A stretch of DNA of 64,000 nucleotides from assembly GCA_963708135.1 (NCBI GenBank), contig OY970192.1, forward strand, positions 1,248,001-1,312,000, in the 5' to 3' direction. The position numbers were made by a program, and so were the translations under genes. The notes beneath the pieces are model-generated. The model was not told where the DNA came from and did no database searches. It saw only the letters and a list, made by a program, of their open reading frames with translations. Positions 39,187 to 47,970 of the stretch are shown one piece after another (within the stretch, counting starts at the first letter, position 1; every line of letters begins with the position of its first letter). The DNA comes from an uncultured Gemmatimonadales bacterium. GTDB taxonomy: Bacteria; Gemmatimonadota; Gemmatimonadetes; Longimicrobiales; RSA9.

Positions 39187-40884
39187 ATGCGGTACTGCGC
39201 AGCGGCACCGATGCCAACGGCCTCGAGGGCGACGCTCCTCGCCGCCGCCGTCCTGCTCACCGCCGGCGGCCTCGCGGCCCAGCGTCCCCGCGCCCCCGAT
39301 CCGCCGAAGCAGGCCCACCCGGCGGCCCGGCCCCGGCCGGACACGGGCGGTCTCCACCTCCTCGGCATCGCGACCGACTCGATCCCTCGCACGGCCGGCG
39401 ACTCGGCACGCCTCCGGCGCGCCCCTGCTCGCCCGGACTCGGTCGGGACGGGCCGGGATTCGGCCGCGACGGGCCGGGATTCGGCCGCGACGGGCCCGCA
39501 CTCGGCCGGGACCGGGACGGGCCGGGACTCGACCGGGACCGGCCCGGACTCGACCGGGACCGGGACGGTCCGGGACTCGACCGCGGCTGGCCGGGACCCA
39601 CCGGCTGGCGAACACGGCCTTCTCGGCGTACCCGTCGCCGCGCCGCCGCCTCCATCCGCCGCGGTGCTGGGCCGGCCGCTGGTGGACGAGGCCGGCGCCG
39701 CCGCGCCGCCGCGCCTGCTCGGCGTCCCCCTCGACCCGGCCGATTCGACGCCGCTGCCGCCTCCCGGCCGCGCCTTTCTCGCGGCGCAGCTCCAGGAGCC
39801 TCGCGTCCGCCGCGCGAGCCTCGATAGCGACGCCCAGCTCCGGGCCCGGTTCCGCAAGCTCGACATCCCGTTCCCGCCCGCCGCCCTTTTCCTGCGCGCC
39901 TTCAAGCGCGAGCACCGCCTCGAGGCCTGGGTCCAGCCGCGCCCCGGCGCGCCGTACCGGCTCCTCGAGACCTTCGCCATCTGCTCCATCTCCGGCGCAC
40001 TCGGCCCGAAGAGTGCCTCCGGCGATGATCAGACCCCCGAGGGCTTCTACTTCATCGACGGCTTCAATCCGCGCAGCGACTACTGGCTCGCGCTCGCCGT
40101 CGACTACCCGAACGCCGCCGACCGCATCCGCGCGCGCGGCGCCGATCCCGGCGGCGACATCTTCGTCCACGGCGGATGCCGCACCGCCGGCTGCCTGCCC
40201 CTCACCAACGCCGGCATCTCCCGCCTCTACTGGCTCGCGGTGCAGGCGCGCGCGGCCGGACAACGGCGCATCCCGCTCCACATCTTTCCGACCCGTCTGG
40301 ACAGCGTCGGCGTGGCCCGCCTCGACAGCGCCTTCGCCACCGATACGGCCCGCCTCGCCTTCTGGGCCTCGCTTCTGCCGGGCTATCGCTATTTCGAGCT
40401 GCGCCGCCACGTCCCCGACCTCTGGACCGACGCCGCCGGCCGCTATCACGTGGCTCAGCTCGATCCCCGCCCCGTCCGCGATGCCAGCGGGCTGCTCGGC
40501 GTGCCGGTCGGGGGCGCTCCGCCCCGCCCCGATTCGACCGGGCCCCCCCCGAAGCGCGACTCGACCGGCGTCCTCGGTATGCCCCTCGGCGCGCCGCCTC
40601 GGCCGGATACGGCCGGACCCCCGCCGAAGCGCGACTCGACCGGGGTGCTCGGCGTGCCCGCGGGCGCGCCGCCTCCGCCGGATACGGCGCGACCCCGGCC
40701 GAAGGTCGATTCGACCGGGGTCCGCCAAACGCCCTCGGGCGCGCCGCCGCGGCCGGACACGGCCGGAGCTGCACTCCCGCCGGATCGGCCTACAGGAACT
40801 GCATCAGCTCCAGGCGGCTCTGGTTCACCCACTGCCCCTGGATCTGCACGTAGTCGCCCACGCGCAGGCTCCGGAACCGGTTGA
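39187..40884 (+). CDS. YkuD-family (YafK/DpaA-like) L,D-transpeptidase with long repeat-rich arms
   Basis: FLRAFKREHRLEAW, GPKSASGDDQTPEGFY, DYPNAAD, GGDIFVHGGCRTAGC; signal peptide; alternative start 39211. Confidence 0.85.
   Translation: MRYCAAAPMPTASRATLLAAAVLLTAGGLAAQRPRAPDPPKQAHPAARPRPDTGGLHLLGIATDSIPRTAGDSARLRRAPARPDSVGTGRDSAATGRDSAATGPHSAGTGTGRDSTGTGPDSTGTGTVRDSTAAGRDPPAGEHGLLGVPVAAPPPPSAAVLGRPLVDEAGAAAPPRLLGVPLDPADSTPLPPPGRAFLAAQLQEPRVRRASLDSDAQLRARFRKLDIPFPPAALFLRAFKREHRLEAWVQPRPGAPYRLLETFAICSISGALGPKSASGDDQTPEGFYFIDGFNPRSDYWLALAVDYPNAADRIRARGADPGGDIFVHGGCRTAGCLPLTNAGISRLYWLAVQARAAGQRRIPLHIFPTRLDSVGVARLDSAFATDTARLAFWASLLPGYRYFELRRHVPDLWTDAAGRYHVAQLDPRPVRDASGLLGVPVGGAPPRPDSTGPPPKRDSTGVLGMPLGAPPRPDTAGPPPKRDSTGVLGVPAGAPPPPDTARPRPKVDSTGVRQTPSGAPPRPDTAGAALPPDRPTGTASAPGGSGSPTAPGSARSRPRAGSGTG
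39433..39586 (+). repeat. 21/27-bp coding repeats (DS[A/T]xTGx)
   Basis: GGGCCGGGATTCGGCCGCGAC-type units encoding DSVGTGR, DSAATGR, DSAATGP, DSTGTGP... Confidence 0.8.
40491..40770 (+). repeat. 75-bp (25-aa) coding tandem repeat, about 3.7 copies
   Basis: AAGCGCGACTCGACCGG at 40552 and 40627; unit GVLGxPxGAPPRPDTAGPPPKRDST. Confidence 0.85.
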
Positions 40885-41413
40885 CGTCACTCGTGCGCGG
40901 GTTGTACGGCAGCGTGACCTCCACCGTCGTGCCGTTCTGCTCACGCATCCAGAACGCACCGTTCTGCGCATCGATCCGCGTCACGCTCCCCTGCACGGTC
41001 TGCACGTTGGCGTTCCCGTACGTGCCGCCGGTCCCGTTCCGCTCCTGCACGGTCTGCTGGACCTCGACGTCGTTCGTGTAGTAGCCGTTCCCCGTGTTCT
41101 GCAGGTACAGCAGCACCTGGTCGCCCTGCTGGAGGGCAGTGACGGGGTAGGTCTGGTTCTGGTAGCGGACCTGCGTGTTGTTATCGTATCCGACCGCTGC
41201 CAGCTGCCCGTCCGACGTCCGGACGTAGATCGCCCGCGATCCCGTGTCCACGTGGTCGATCTCGGCCGAAAGCTGGTTCGTCGAGCCCGGGGCCGGTTGC
41301 CCCAGCACGCCGCCGAGCACGTTGCCGAGCCCGCCCGTTTGCGCGCATCCCGCAAGGGCGACGAGCGCCGCGGCGGCCATCCCTCTGGCCACGGCGCGGA
41401 TCCGGTTGTTCAT
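40790..41413 (-). CDS. Lipoprotein with two OB-fold-like repeats
   Basis: GGAGGGG RBS; lipobox LAGC; two similar beta domains ending ALQQGDQV and SLRVGDYV. Confidence 0.8.
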   Translation of the reverse strand: MNNRIRAVARGMAAAALVALAGCAQTGGLGNVLGGVLGQPAPGSTNQLSAEIDHVDTGSRAIYVRTSDGQLAAVGYDNNTQVRYQNQTYPVTALQQGDQVLLYLQNTGNGYYTNDVEVQQTVQERNGTGGTYGNANVQTVQGSVTRIDAQNGAFWMREQNGTTVEVTLPYNPRTSDVNRFRSLRVGDYVQIQGQWVNQSRLELMQFL

Positions 41414-41481
41414 GCTGCCCCCTCCGTGCCTGGGTATCGACTCAAGTGCCGTAATAGAAAGCACTTAGCACTGTTCAGGAG

Positions 41482-41518
41482 CAAAAGGAATGCCGCCCCG
41501 CCGAGCGGGACGGCATTT
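41482..41518 (-). terminator. Rho-independent terminator closing the ligase operon
   Basis: Minus strand AATGCCGTCCCGC-tcg-GCGGGGCGGCATT followed by CCTTTT. Confidence 0.75.
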
Positions 41519-41542
41519 CGAGGGACCGACGTCGGGTGTGGG

Positions 41543-41818
41543 TCAGCCCGAGGCCAGGCGCCGGTGATCGCGAGCCCCCGCACGGACTCCGCCCGCCACC
41601 GCGAGCCCGAAGACGAGCGCGCTGCCGCCGCCCACGAACGGGAGCAGCCAGACGACGGGCGCGGCCAGCAGCGCCGCCACCACGCCGGCTATGACCGGCG
41701 CGCCGCGAGAGTGAACGCCGTCCACGTAACGCAGCCGCTCGCGAACGAAACGCCGTGCCTTGATGTAGCCGAAGATGCTCGCGGCGCCCGCCGCGGCGAT
41801 GACGATGATCTCTATCAT
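41543..41818 (-). CDS. Small membrane protein (91 aa)
   Basis: GGAGG RBS within the end of the upstream gene; about three hydrophobic segments. Confidence 0.8.
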   Translation of the reverse strand: MIEIIVIAAAGAASIFGYIKARRFVRERLRYVDGVHSRGAPVIAGVVAALLAAPVVWLLPFVGGGSALVFGLAVAGGVRAGARDHRRLASG

Positions 41819-41821
41819 GGT

Positions 41822-43108
41822 TCACCTCCCGTCATCCTTACGGCGGCGGGGCGCGCGAGTTTCGCGGCTCGCCGGCTCCGCTTCCCAGTCACGGAGTCGG
41901 TTGTCCAGGAACGGCAGGTCGAAGCAGTGGTCGGAGCCGTCGCGCTGGCGGCGGAAGCGCACCGCGTGCCAGCCGCGGACCCCGATCGGCGTATAGACCT
42001 CGCCGCCCACGCGGAGCACCCGGCCGGCGACGGCGTGCATCAGCACGCGCTCGTAGCGAGAGCGCTCGAGACCCTGCTGGGGGGCGAGGAAGTCCCAGGC
42101 GCACAGTCGGCCCACATCGTCGTACTCCGGCTGGCGATCGGCGCCGTCGAGCGGCGAGGTGGCGCGCCCGGCGAAGATCGCGGCCATCAGCCGGTAGGTG
42201 GCTGGATCGGCCAGGCGGCGGATCGGCGCCCGGAAGTGGTGGAGCACCGTGCGGGCCATGCCTCTCAGGCTGCGCGTCGGCCCGTCGATGGTCCGCCAGG
42301 TCGGCGCGTCCGGGTTGGCCAGGAAGGGGTTCTCCGGGAAGCAGGAGAAGCGCGCCACCCAGCCGCGGCGGCTGCTGTGCGGGACCGGCGAGAAGCCGCA
42401 CAGGCGCGGCAGCCTCTCCGCCTCCAGGCGCTCGAGCGCGTAGTCCGGCCAGCGCATCACCTCGCGCACGACGCCGGCGATCAGCGTGGCGGCGGCCATC
42501 ATGAGCGCCGGACTCGGGGTGAAGTCCACCGTCACCTCGATCCGATCGCCGCGTGGACGCACCCCGATCCCCGTCGAGCGCCGATTCGCCGCCAGCACCA
42601 TCACCGGCACGGGGAGCAGATGAGAGAGCAGCAGCGCCAGCGCGCCGATGCTGCGCTCCGGATCCCCCGTGCGCCGGGCAGCAGGCGGCGCATTGAACGA
42701 GACGTTGTAGTGCGCGCTGAACCCGGCGAGTCGTGCCCTGCGCGCGCTTCGCGCCTCCCACGCATCGAGCTCCCCGCGGACGTGCCTGATCGACTCCCAG
42801 AGGGAGCGGACCGCCCGGGCGGCGCAGCCGGGTCCGATCTCGATCAGCGGCGTGGCCACCTCCACCACGCCAGTGTCGAAGTAAACGGCGCCGCCCGTGG
42901 GCAGATGGTAGGACGTCCCCTCCCGGTGCATCGGCGCCCCGCGCAGGAAGCCGCGCGGGTCCCCGAACGTCTCCGCCGGATCGACGGGCACGTCATCCAC
43001 GAACAGCACGAACTCCGATTCCAGGCCGATCGCCGACAGCGAAGGACGCCCCGCGGCGGGCCTCTCCTCCCCCGCTGCGGGGCGCTTCTTGCGCTGCTGC
43101 TGCTGCAT
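41822..43108 (-). CDS. PafA/Dop-like carboxylate-amine ligase superfamily protein
   Basis: AIGLESEF (cf. PafA GIETEF), LPTGGAVYFDTGVVEVATP (cf. NGARLYLD..HPEYAT), GFSAHYNVSF (cf. GCHENY), RGDRIEVTVD (cf. RRLHVIVGD). Confidence 0.65.
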   Translation of the reverse strand: MQQQQRKKRPAAGEERPAAGRPSLSAIGLESEFVLFVDDVPVDPAETFGDPRGFLRGAPMHREGTSYHLPTGGAVYFDTGVVEVATPLIEIGPGCAARAVRSLWESIRHVRGELDAWEARSARRARLAGFSAHYNVSFNAPPAARRTGDPERSIGALALLLSHLLPVPVMVLAANRRSTGIGVRPRGDRIEVTVDFTPSPALMMAAATLIAGVVREVMRWPDYALERLEAERLPRLCGFSPVPHSSRRGWVARFSCFPENPFLANPDAPTWRTIDGPTRSLRGMARTVLHHFRAPIRRLADPATYRLMAAIFAGRATSPLDGADRQPEYDDVGRLCAWDFLAPQQGLERSRYERVLMHAVAGRVLRVGGEVYTPIGVRGWHAVRFRRQRDGSDHCFDLPFLDNRLRDWEAEPASRETRAPRRRKDDGR

Positions 43109-43140
43109 GCCGCCACTCCCGCTGCGATCGTTCTTCCCGC

Positions 43141-43716
43141 TCAGGGATCGACCCGCGCGTAGCCGATGTCCACGTGCAGGTGGTCGTCCGTTTCGCCCGG
43201 GCCCATCCCGTACCGCGCCGGCCGCAGGGAGGCCGACAGCTCGCGCGCGCGTGTGCCGTACCGTTCGATCGGCTCCTCCCCGTCCAGGTACGTGTCGCCG
43301 ATCCGGTAGATGTCCGCGGCCGTTCCCCATGCATGCACCGTGCGTGCGCCGCCCCGCGCATGCCCGGGAGAGCGGTACCCGCCGTTCGCCGCGATGAAGA
43401 CGTACGTCCCCACGGCCGCGCGAAGCAGCTCCAGGTGTGCCGCGAGCAGCGTCACCGCGCATGGGACGTAGCGCGGCCAGTCCCGCAGCGGCGCCGCCTC
43501 CCGCACGTCCACCTCCAGGAACTCCGACAGCGTGAAGTGGCGCGCCAGCCGCACCTCCCGCGCCCGCTCCCACGAGTCCACCTCGTAGAAGAAGCGCGGC
43601 AGCTGCCGCTCGCGCCCGTCCGCGCCGAGCACCGGCGCGCCGGGTCTCAGCACCTCGCGGTAGCGTGCCGGCAGCTCCAGCCCGTCCACCACCACCAGGC
43701 CCCCGTCCTCACCCAT
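43141..43716 (-). CDS. Peptidase M15 (LAS/D-Ala-D-Ala metallopeptidase fold), no signal peptide
   Basis: RHFTLSEF, GGYRSPGH, HAWGTAAD (H-x6-D), HLHVD (HxH); overlaps upstream stop. Confidence 0.85.
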   Translation of the reverse strand: MGEDGGLVVVDGLELPARYREVLRPGAPVLGADGRERQLPRFFYEVDSWERAREVRLARHFTLSEFLEVDVREAAPLRDWPRYVPCAVTLLAAHLELLRAAVGTYVFIAANGGYRSPGHARGGARTVHAWGTAADIYRIGDTYLDGEEPIERYGTRARELSASLRPARYGMGPGETDDHLHVDIGYARVDP

Positions 43717-44554
43717 CCTCACCCTCCGTCAGGTGTTCCCAGACCGCCCGCGAGACCGCCGCGATCGCCTCCTGCCGCCCATTCTCCGATCCCACCCGCC
43801 ACTCCGTCAGCACCACCAGCACGTACGGCGCACGGCCCTCCAGGTACACGATGCCCGCATCGTGCGCCACCGTCGAGATGTCCCCCGTCTTGTGCGCCAC
43901 CCGTGCGCCATCCGGCAGGCCCGCGGGGATCCCGCGGTTGAAGCGCTGCCGGTGCAGCAGCTCGAGCATCTCCTGCGCCGCCGGGGCCGGGAAGCCCCGC
44001 CCCTCCTCGATCACGCCCAGCGCCTCCGCCAACCCCAGCGCGGTGACCCGGTTGTTGATCCCCTCCTGGAAGGCCCGCTCGTCCTCGACCCCCCGGCGCA
44101 GCTCGATCCCCGCCAGCCCGAGCCGCGCCAGCGTTCCGCGGATCGGCTCCAGGCCCACGATGTCCACCAGCAGGTTGGTGGCCAGGTTGCTGCTCGAGAC
44201 GATCATGTGCCGCGCCAGCTCGCGCATCTTCATCGTCCGCCCGGCCCGCTCGTGCACCTCCGCGTCCGAGTCCCGTGCCGCCTCCACCCGGTACGGTGCC
44301 CCATCCGCCGCGCTCAGGAACCGGTTCCGCACGTGCACGCGCGACTCCCAGTGGAAGCGGCCGTCCGAGAGAGCGTCGTACACCCCCAGCAGCACCGGCA
44401 CCTTGATCGTGCTCGCCGCATGGAACCAGCGCTCCCCGTTCAGCGCCCATTCCGTCCCCGTCCCCGTGTCGCGGTAGCACACCGCCACCGCTTCGGCGCC
44501 CGCGGAGCTCCCGATCTCCTCGATCCGCTCCCTCACCGCTCCAGGAAACGACAC
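43709..44554 (-). CDS. Class A beta-lactamase-like serine hydrolase, no signal peptide
   Basis: ASTIK (SxxK), SSN (SxN), HKTG, HDAG; GTG start after GGAGGAGGAGG. Confidence 0.88.
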   Translation of the reverse strand: MSFPGAVRERIEEIGSSAGAEAVAVCYRDTGTGTEWALNGERWFHAASTIKVPVLLGVYDALSDGRFHWESRVHVRNRFLSAADGAPYRVEAARDSDAEVHERAGRTMKMRELARHMIVSSSNLATNLLVDIVGLEPIRGTLARLGLAGIELRRGVEDERAFQEGINNRVTALGLAEALGVIEEGRGFPAPAAQEMLELLHRQRFNRGIPAGLPDGARVAHKTGDISTVAHDAGIVYLEGRAPYVLVVLTEWRVGSENGRQEAIAAVSRAVWEHLTEGEDG

Positions 44555-44665
44555 GCCCGCACCTCCTCCTCCGTGCCGGGTCTGCGCACCACCCTGCCAC
44601 CCGCCGTGCAGGATCGGAGCCACCCCCGGCCGCTCGGCGGCATGCTCCGTCGCGCCAAAATGCCG

Positions 44666-44695
44666 TTGACAGCGGCGCCTCCCCGGTGGTAGACT
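44666..44695 (+). promoter_or_regulatory. sigma70 promoter of the response regulator
   Basis: TTGACA-N18-TAGACT with TG extension. Confidence 0.55.
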
Positions 44696-44837
44696 CGTAC
44701 ACGGTTTTGATCCCCTCCGAGCCCATTCTCCGTGCCGCTGCGTGTCTCCAGGCCCTGGTGGCAAGCGCACGCGAGAGCCGGACATCTTCCGGTCCCTGAT
44801 CCACTTGAAGGGCGCGTTTTCGCGCCCGGAGCGGTCC

Positions 44838-45227
44838 ATGCTCGGGAAGACGATCCTGATCGTCGATGACGATTCCGATACGCGCGTCGTGCTCGGCGCC
44901 ATTCTCCGGCATGCCGGGTTCGCGGTGATCGAGGCCGAAGACGGCGAGGACGGGCTGCGCCAGGCGCGCGAAGGCGGCCCGCACCTCGTGCTGATGGACC
45001 TGGAGCTGCCGCTGCTCGATGGCTGGGAGGTGACGCGCCGGCTGAAGGCGGATCACGCGACGGCGGCGATCCCGGTGATTGCGCTGACGGCGCGCGCCCT
45101 GGATGCGGACCGTGTGCGGGCGATCGAGGCGGGCTGCGAGCAGTTCCTGCTCAAGCCGTGCGAGCCGCGCGACGTTCTGGAGATCGTGAGGAAGCGCGTG
45201 GCCGTCCCACCGGATGCCAGCACGTAG
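44838..45227 (+). CDS. Single-domain response regulator (CheY/DivK-like)
   Basis: ILIVDDD, LVLMDLELPLLDG, IALTA, LLKP. Confidence 0.95.
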   Translation: MLGKTILIVDDDSDTRVVLGAILRHAGFAVIEAEDGEDGLRQAREGGPHLVLMDLELPLLDGWEVTRRLKADHATAAIPVIALTARALDADRVRAIEAGCEQFLLKPCEPRDVLEIVRKRVAVPPDAST

Positions 45228-45238
45228 AGGCGGCGCGC

Positions 45239-47794
45239 TCACCTGCCCAGGACGCCGCGCACTCCGCGCGAGATGAGGGTCGCGATGTTGGTCAGCATCC
45301 GCGGCAGGGCGAGCCCGCCGGGCGAGGCCAGGTACTTGGGCTGCCAGACGGGATCGAACTTCTCCTTGTACTGCCGCAGTCCCTGGAAGCTGTAGAAGTT
45401 CTCTCCGTACCGGAAGACCAGCGCGCCGAGCCGGTTCCACAGGGGAGCCAGGGCACGGTTCTCGAGCCCGGACAGCGGCGCCATCCCGAGGTTGAACCAG
45501 CGGTACCCCTGCTCCTTCCCCCATAGCATGAGCTCGATGAAGAGGAACTCCATCACGTCCTCGGGCGCGTCGGGGGTGTAGCGCATAAGGTCGACCGAGA
45601 GCTCGTCGAGCGCTCCGCCCGGCCAGAGGTTGGCGAACGCGATGATGCGCCCGTCGCGCCGGACCACGGCGGCCGGGAAGTTCCGCAGGTAGTCGGGATC
45701 GAAGCGGCCGAGGGAGAATCCCTTCTCGCGCGTACGCTTCTCGCTCAGCCAGCTGTCGGAGACGGTCTTGAGCTCGGCCATGATCTCCCCGACCTGCCGC
45801 TCCCCCAGCACGCGGAACTCGCATCCTTCCTTCTCGAGGCGGTTCCGGACCCGCCGCATGCCCTTCCGCCCGCCGCCCTCGAGCGAGAAGCTCTCGAGCC
45901 GCACGCGCGCCTCCTCGCCCAGCTTGAGCAGGGTCAGGCCGAGGTCCAGGTAGAGGTGGAGGTCGTCCGTCCGGATCTGGTAGAAGACCGTCCATCCCTC
46001 GTGCCGGTCACAGATCTCGCGGAAGCGCCACAGGAGCTCCGTCCACTCCTCCTCGGGTCCCACCGGGTCGCCCATCGCGACCCAGGTCCGCCCCTCCACG
46101 CCGTACATGAGGAAGGCGTTGCCGCTCTCGCTGAACAGCAGCGCCTTGTCCCCGAGCAGCGCCAGGTTGCCGGCCGTGTCCGGCGAGGTGCGCAGCACCG
46201 CCCGGGCGCGCGCCAGCGCGGCCGCATCCGGCAACGTCGGCTCCGGCGGCGCCGGTCTCAGCAGCCGCGCGAAAGCCACCAGCACGACCGCCAGCGTCGC
46301 GCCCACGCTGGCGCGCAGGAAGCGCGGCGCATCCGCGCGCAGCGCGAAGCGCCACCAGATCTCGGACGCGTAGTTCACGTGCCGATAGGTGAAGAAGCCC
46401 AGCCAGATCGAGCCGGCGAGCACGAGCGCGATCGCCACGATCCAGCCGGGCGTGAACGGCTCGTTGGTGAGCGAGGCCTTGCGGTAGAAGTAGCGGTGCG
46501 AGGGGAGGAGCGCCGCGAGCATGATCACGAGCGCCGTCGCCTCCTCGTAGTCACCGCCCTTCAGCAGCGAGAAGATGATCCCGGCCGAGAGCAGCGCCAC
46601 CGTGAGATCGTAGGCCGCGTCGAGCCGGCGCTGGAGCCCGCGCGCCAGGAGCAGCAGCCCCACACCCGCCATGCTCGCCAGGAAGTGCGACGCCTCGATC
46701 AACGGCAGCGGCAGGAAGTCGTTCAGCACGCGCAGGCGGGAGTGCACGGCCGGCGTGGCGCCGGAGAAGAGCAGGATCGCGCCGCCCAGGAACGTGAGGA
46801 ACGCCAGCAGCTGGGGCGCGATGACGGGCGCCCATCGACCGAACGCCCTGGCCACGCGCCGCACGTCCTCGCGCCGCTGGTGGACCTCGTGCGCCGCCAG
46901 CATCACGGCCGCCACGCCGAGCGGCAGCAGGTAGTAGATGCCGCGGTACGCGAGCAGCGAGCCGAGCACCGCCGCCGCCGGCAGCCGGTCCGTGAGCAGC
47001 ACCAGCGCCACCGCCTCGAACACCCCGAGCCCGCCGGGGATGTTGCTGAGCAGCCCCGTCGCCTGCGCCAGGATGAAGATCCCCAGCACGGTCGGGTAGC
47101 TCAGCCCAGGCACGTGCGGCACGACCGCGTAGAACACGGCGCCGGCCAGGGCCCAGTCGACTGCCGAGACCGCCATCTGCAGCAGGGAGAGCCGGGTTCC
47201 GGGGAACGTGAACTCCCAGTCCCGGATCCGCAGCGGCTCGCGCTTCATCCCGCTCCACACGAGATAGCCCAGGATCACCAGCAGGAAGATCGCCCCGAGC
47301 GGCCGGGCGGAGTGCAGCGGCAGGTGCAGCAGGGCGGGGATCGCCAGCGGCTCGACCAGGAAGATGATGCCGCCGATGGTGAACAGCCCGAGGAAGAACG
47401 TCAGGTAGTTGAAAGCGACGATGTTCGTCACCTCCACGGCCGAGAGCCCCCACGCCGAGTACAGCCGGTAGCGGATCGGGGCGCCCGTGAGCAGCGGAAA
47501 GCCGAGGTTGTGGCTGAACGCGTAGCCGATGAAGGAGGCGAGGGCGATGCGGCGGTACTCGAGCTCCCTCTTGATGTAGACCAGTCCCAGCGCGTCGTAG
47601 CCCGTCAGCACGATGTAGTTGGCCAGCGTGAGCACCAGCGCGAGAAGGACCTGATGCTCCGGGAGCTGGTGCAGCTGCCGCACGATGTCGTGGTAATGGT
47701 ACTTCCGCAGCGCCGCGTGCAGCACCCACAGCGCCACGCCGAAGATCACGAGCCCGAGCAGCGGGCTGAGAATTCTTCGAAGCCTCTTGATCAT
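45239..47794 (-). CDS. mprF: Bifunctional aminoacyl-phosphatidylglycerol synthase/flippase
   Basis: Multi-TM N-terminus; ASHFLAS, LALLGDK, KLGEEA, EKGFSLG, DLMRY, FNLGMAPLSG, FQGLRQYKEKF. Confidence 0.95.
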   Translation of the reverse strand: MIKRLRRILSPLLGLVIFGVALWVLHAALRKYHYHDIVRQLHQLPEHQVLLALVLTLANYIVLTGYDALGLVYIKRELEYRRIALASFIGYAFSHNLGFPLLTGAPIRYRLYSAWGLSAVEVTNIVAFNYLTFFLGLFTIGGIIFLVEPLAIPALLHLPLHSARPLGAIFLLVILGYLVWSGMKREPLRIRDWEFTFPGTRLSLLQMAVSAVDWALAGAVFYAVVPHVPGLSYPTVLGIFILAQATGLLSNIPGGLGVFEAVALVLLTDRLPAAAVLGSLLAYRGIYYLLPLGVAAVMLAAHEVHQRREDVRRVARAFGRWAPVIAPQLLAFLTFLGGAILLFSGATPAVHSRLRVLNDFLPLPLIEASHFLASMAGVGLLLLARGLQRRLDAAYDLTVALLSAGIIFSLLKGGDYEEATALVIMLAALLPSHRYFYRKASLTNEPFTPGWIVAIALVLAGSIWLGFFTYRHVNYASEIWWRFALRADAPRFLRASVGATLAVVLVAFARLLRPAPPEPTLPDAAALARARAVLRTSPDTAGNLALLGDKALLFSESGNAFLMYGVEGRTWVAMGDPVGPEEEWTELLWRFREICDRHEGWTVFYQIRTDDLHLYLDLGLTLLKLGEEARVRLESFSLEGGGRKGMRRVRNRLEKEGCEFRVLGERQVGEIMAELKTVSDSWLSEKRTREKGFSLGRFDPDYLRNFPAAVVRRDGRIIAFANLWPGGALDELSVDLMRYTPDAPEDVMEFLFIELMLWGKEQGYRWFNLGMAPLSGLENRALAPLWNRLGALVFRYGENFYSFQGLRQYKEKFDPVWQPKYLASPGGLALPRMLTNIATLISRGVRGVLGR

Positions 47795-47970
47795 GCCTCG
47801 TCGCCCTCCCGCGCCGGCCGCGGCGCCGCTCCGTGGCGCGGCCGCTCCGCGCGCGGCCCGAAGAATGTCCTGCCGCCCACCCTCCGGCAACCGTCGCCGT
47901 TGCGGTGCGTGCGCCCGGCGCGTACCATGCCACTCCCACGAGAGAGCCCGCTCATCCCTGGAGCACAACC

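Noticed and set aside
41444..41467. AAGTGC-N-GCACTT inverted repeat resembling 1726-1757
   Set aside because: Spacer length differs and there is no accompanying enhancer or sigma54 box; too weak to call a shared site.
41543..41818. Pup/UBact modifier next to the PafA-like gene
   Set aside because: Hydrophobic membrane protein ending LASG, not a disordered acidic peptide ending GGE/GGQ.
40013..43162. 1049-aa plus-strand ORF and similar long antisense ORFs (e.g. 20489-23404, 45956-48796, 31965-34784)
   Set aside because: Shadow ORFs caused by high GC, opposite or out of frame with well-supported genes.
43709..44554. Bona fide class A beta-lactamase resistance gene
   Set aside because: No signal peptide, SSN instead of SDN, and no clear ExxLN omega-loop motif; better called a beta-lactamase-like serine hydrolase.
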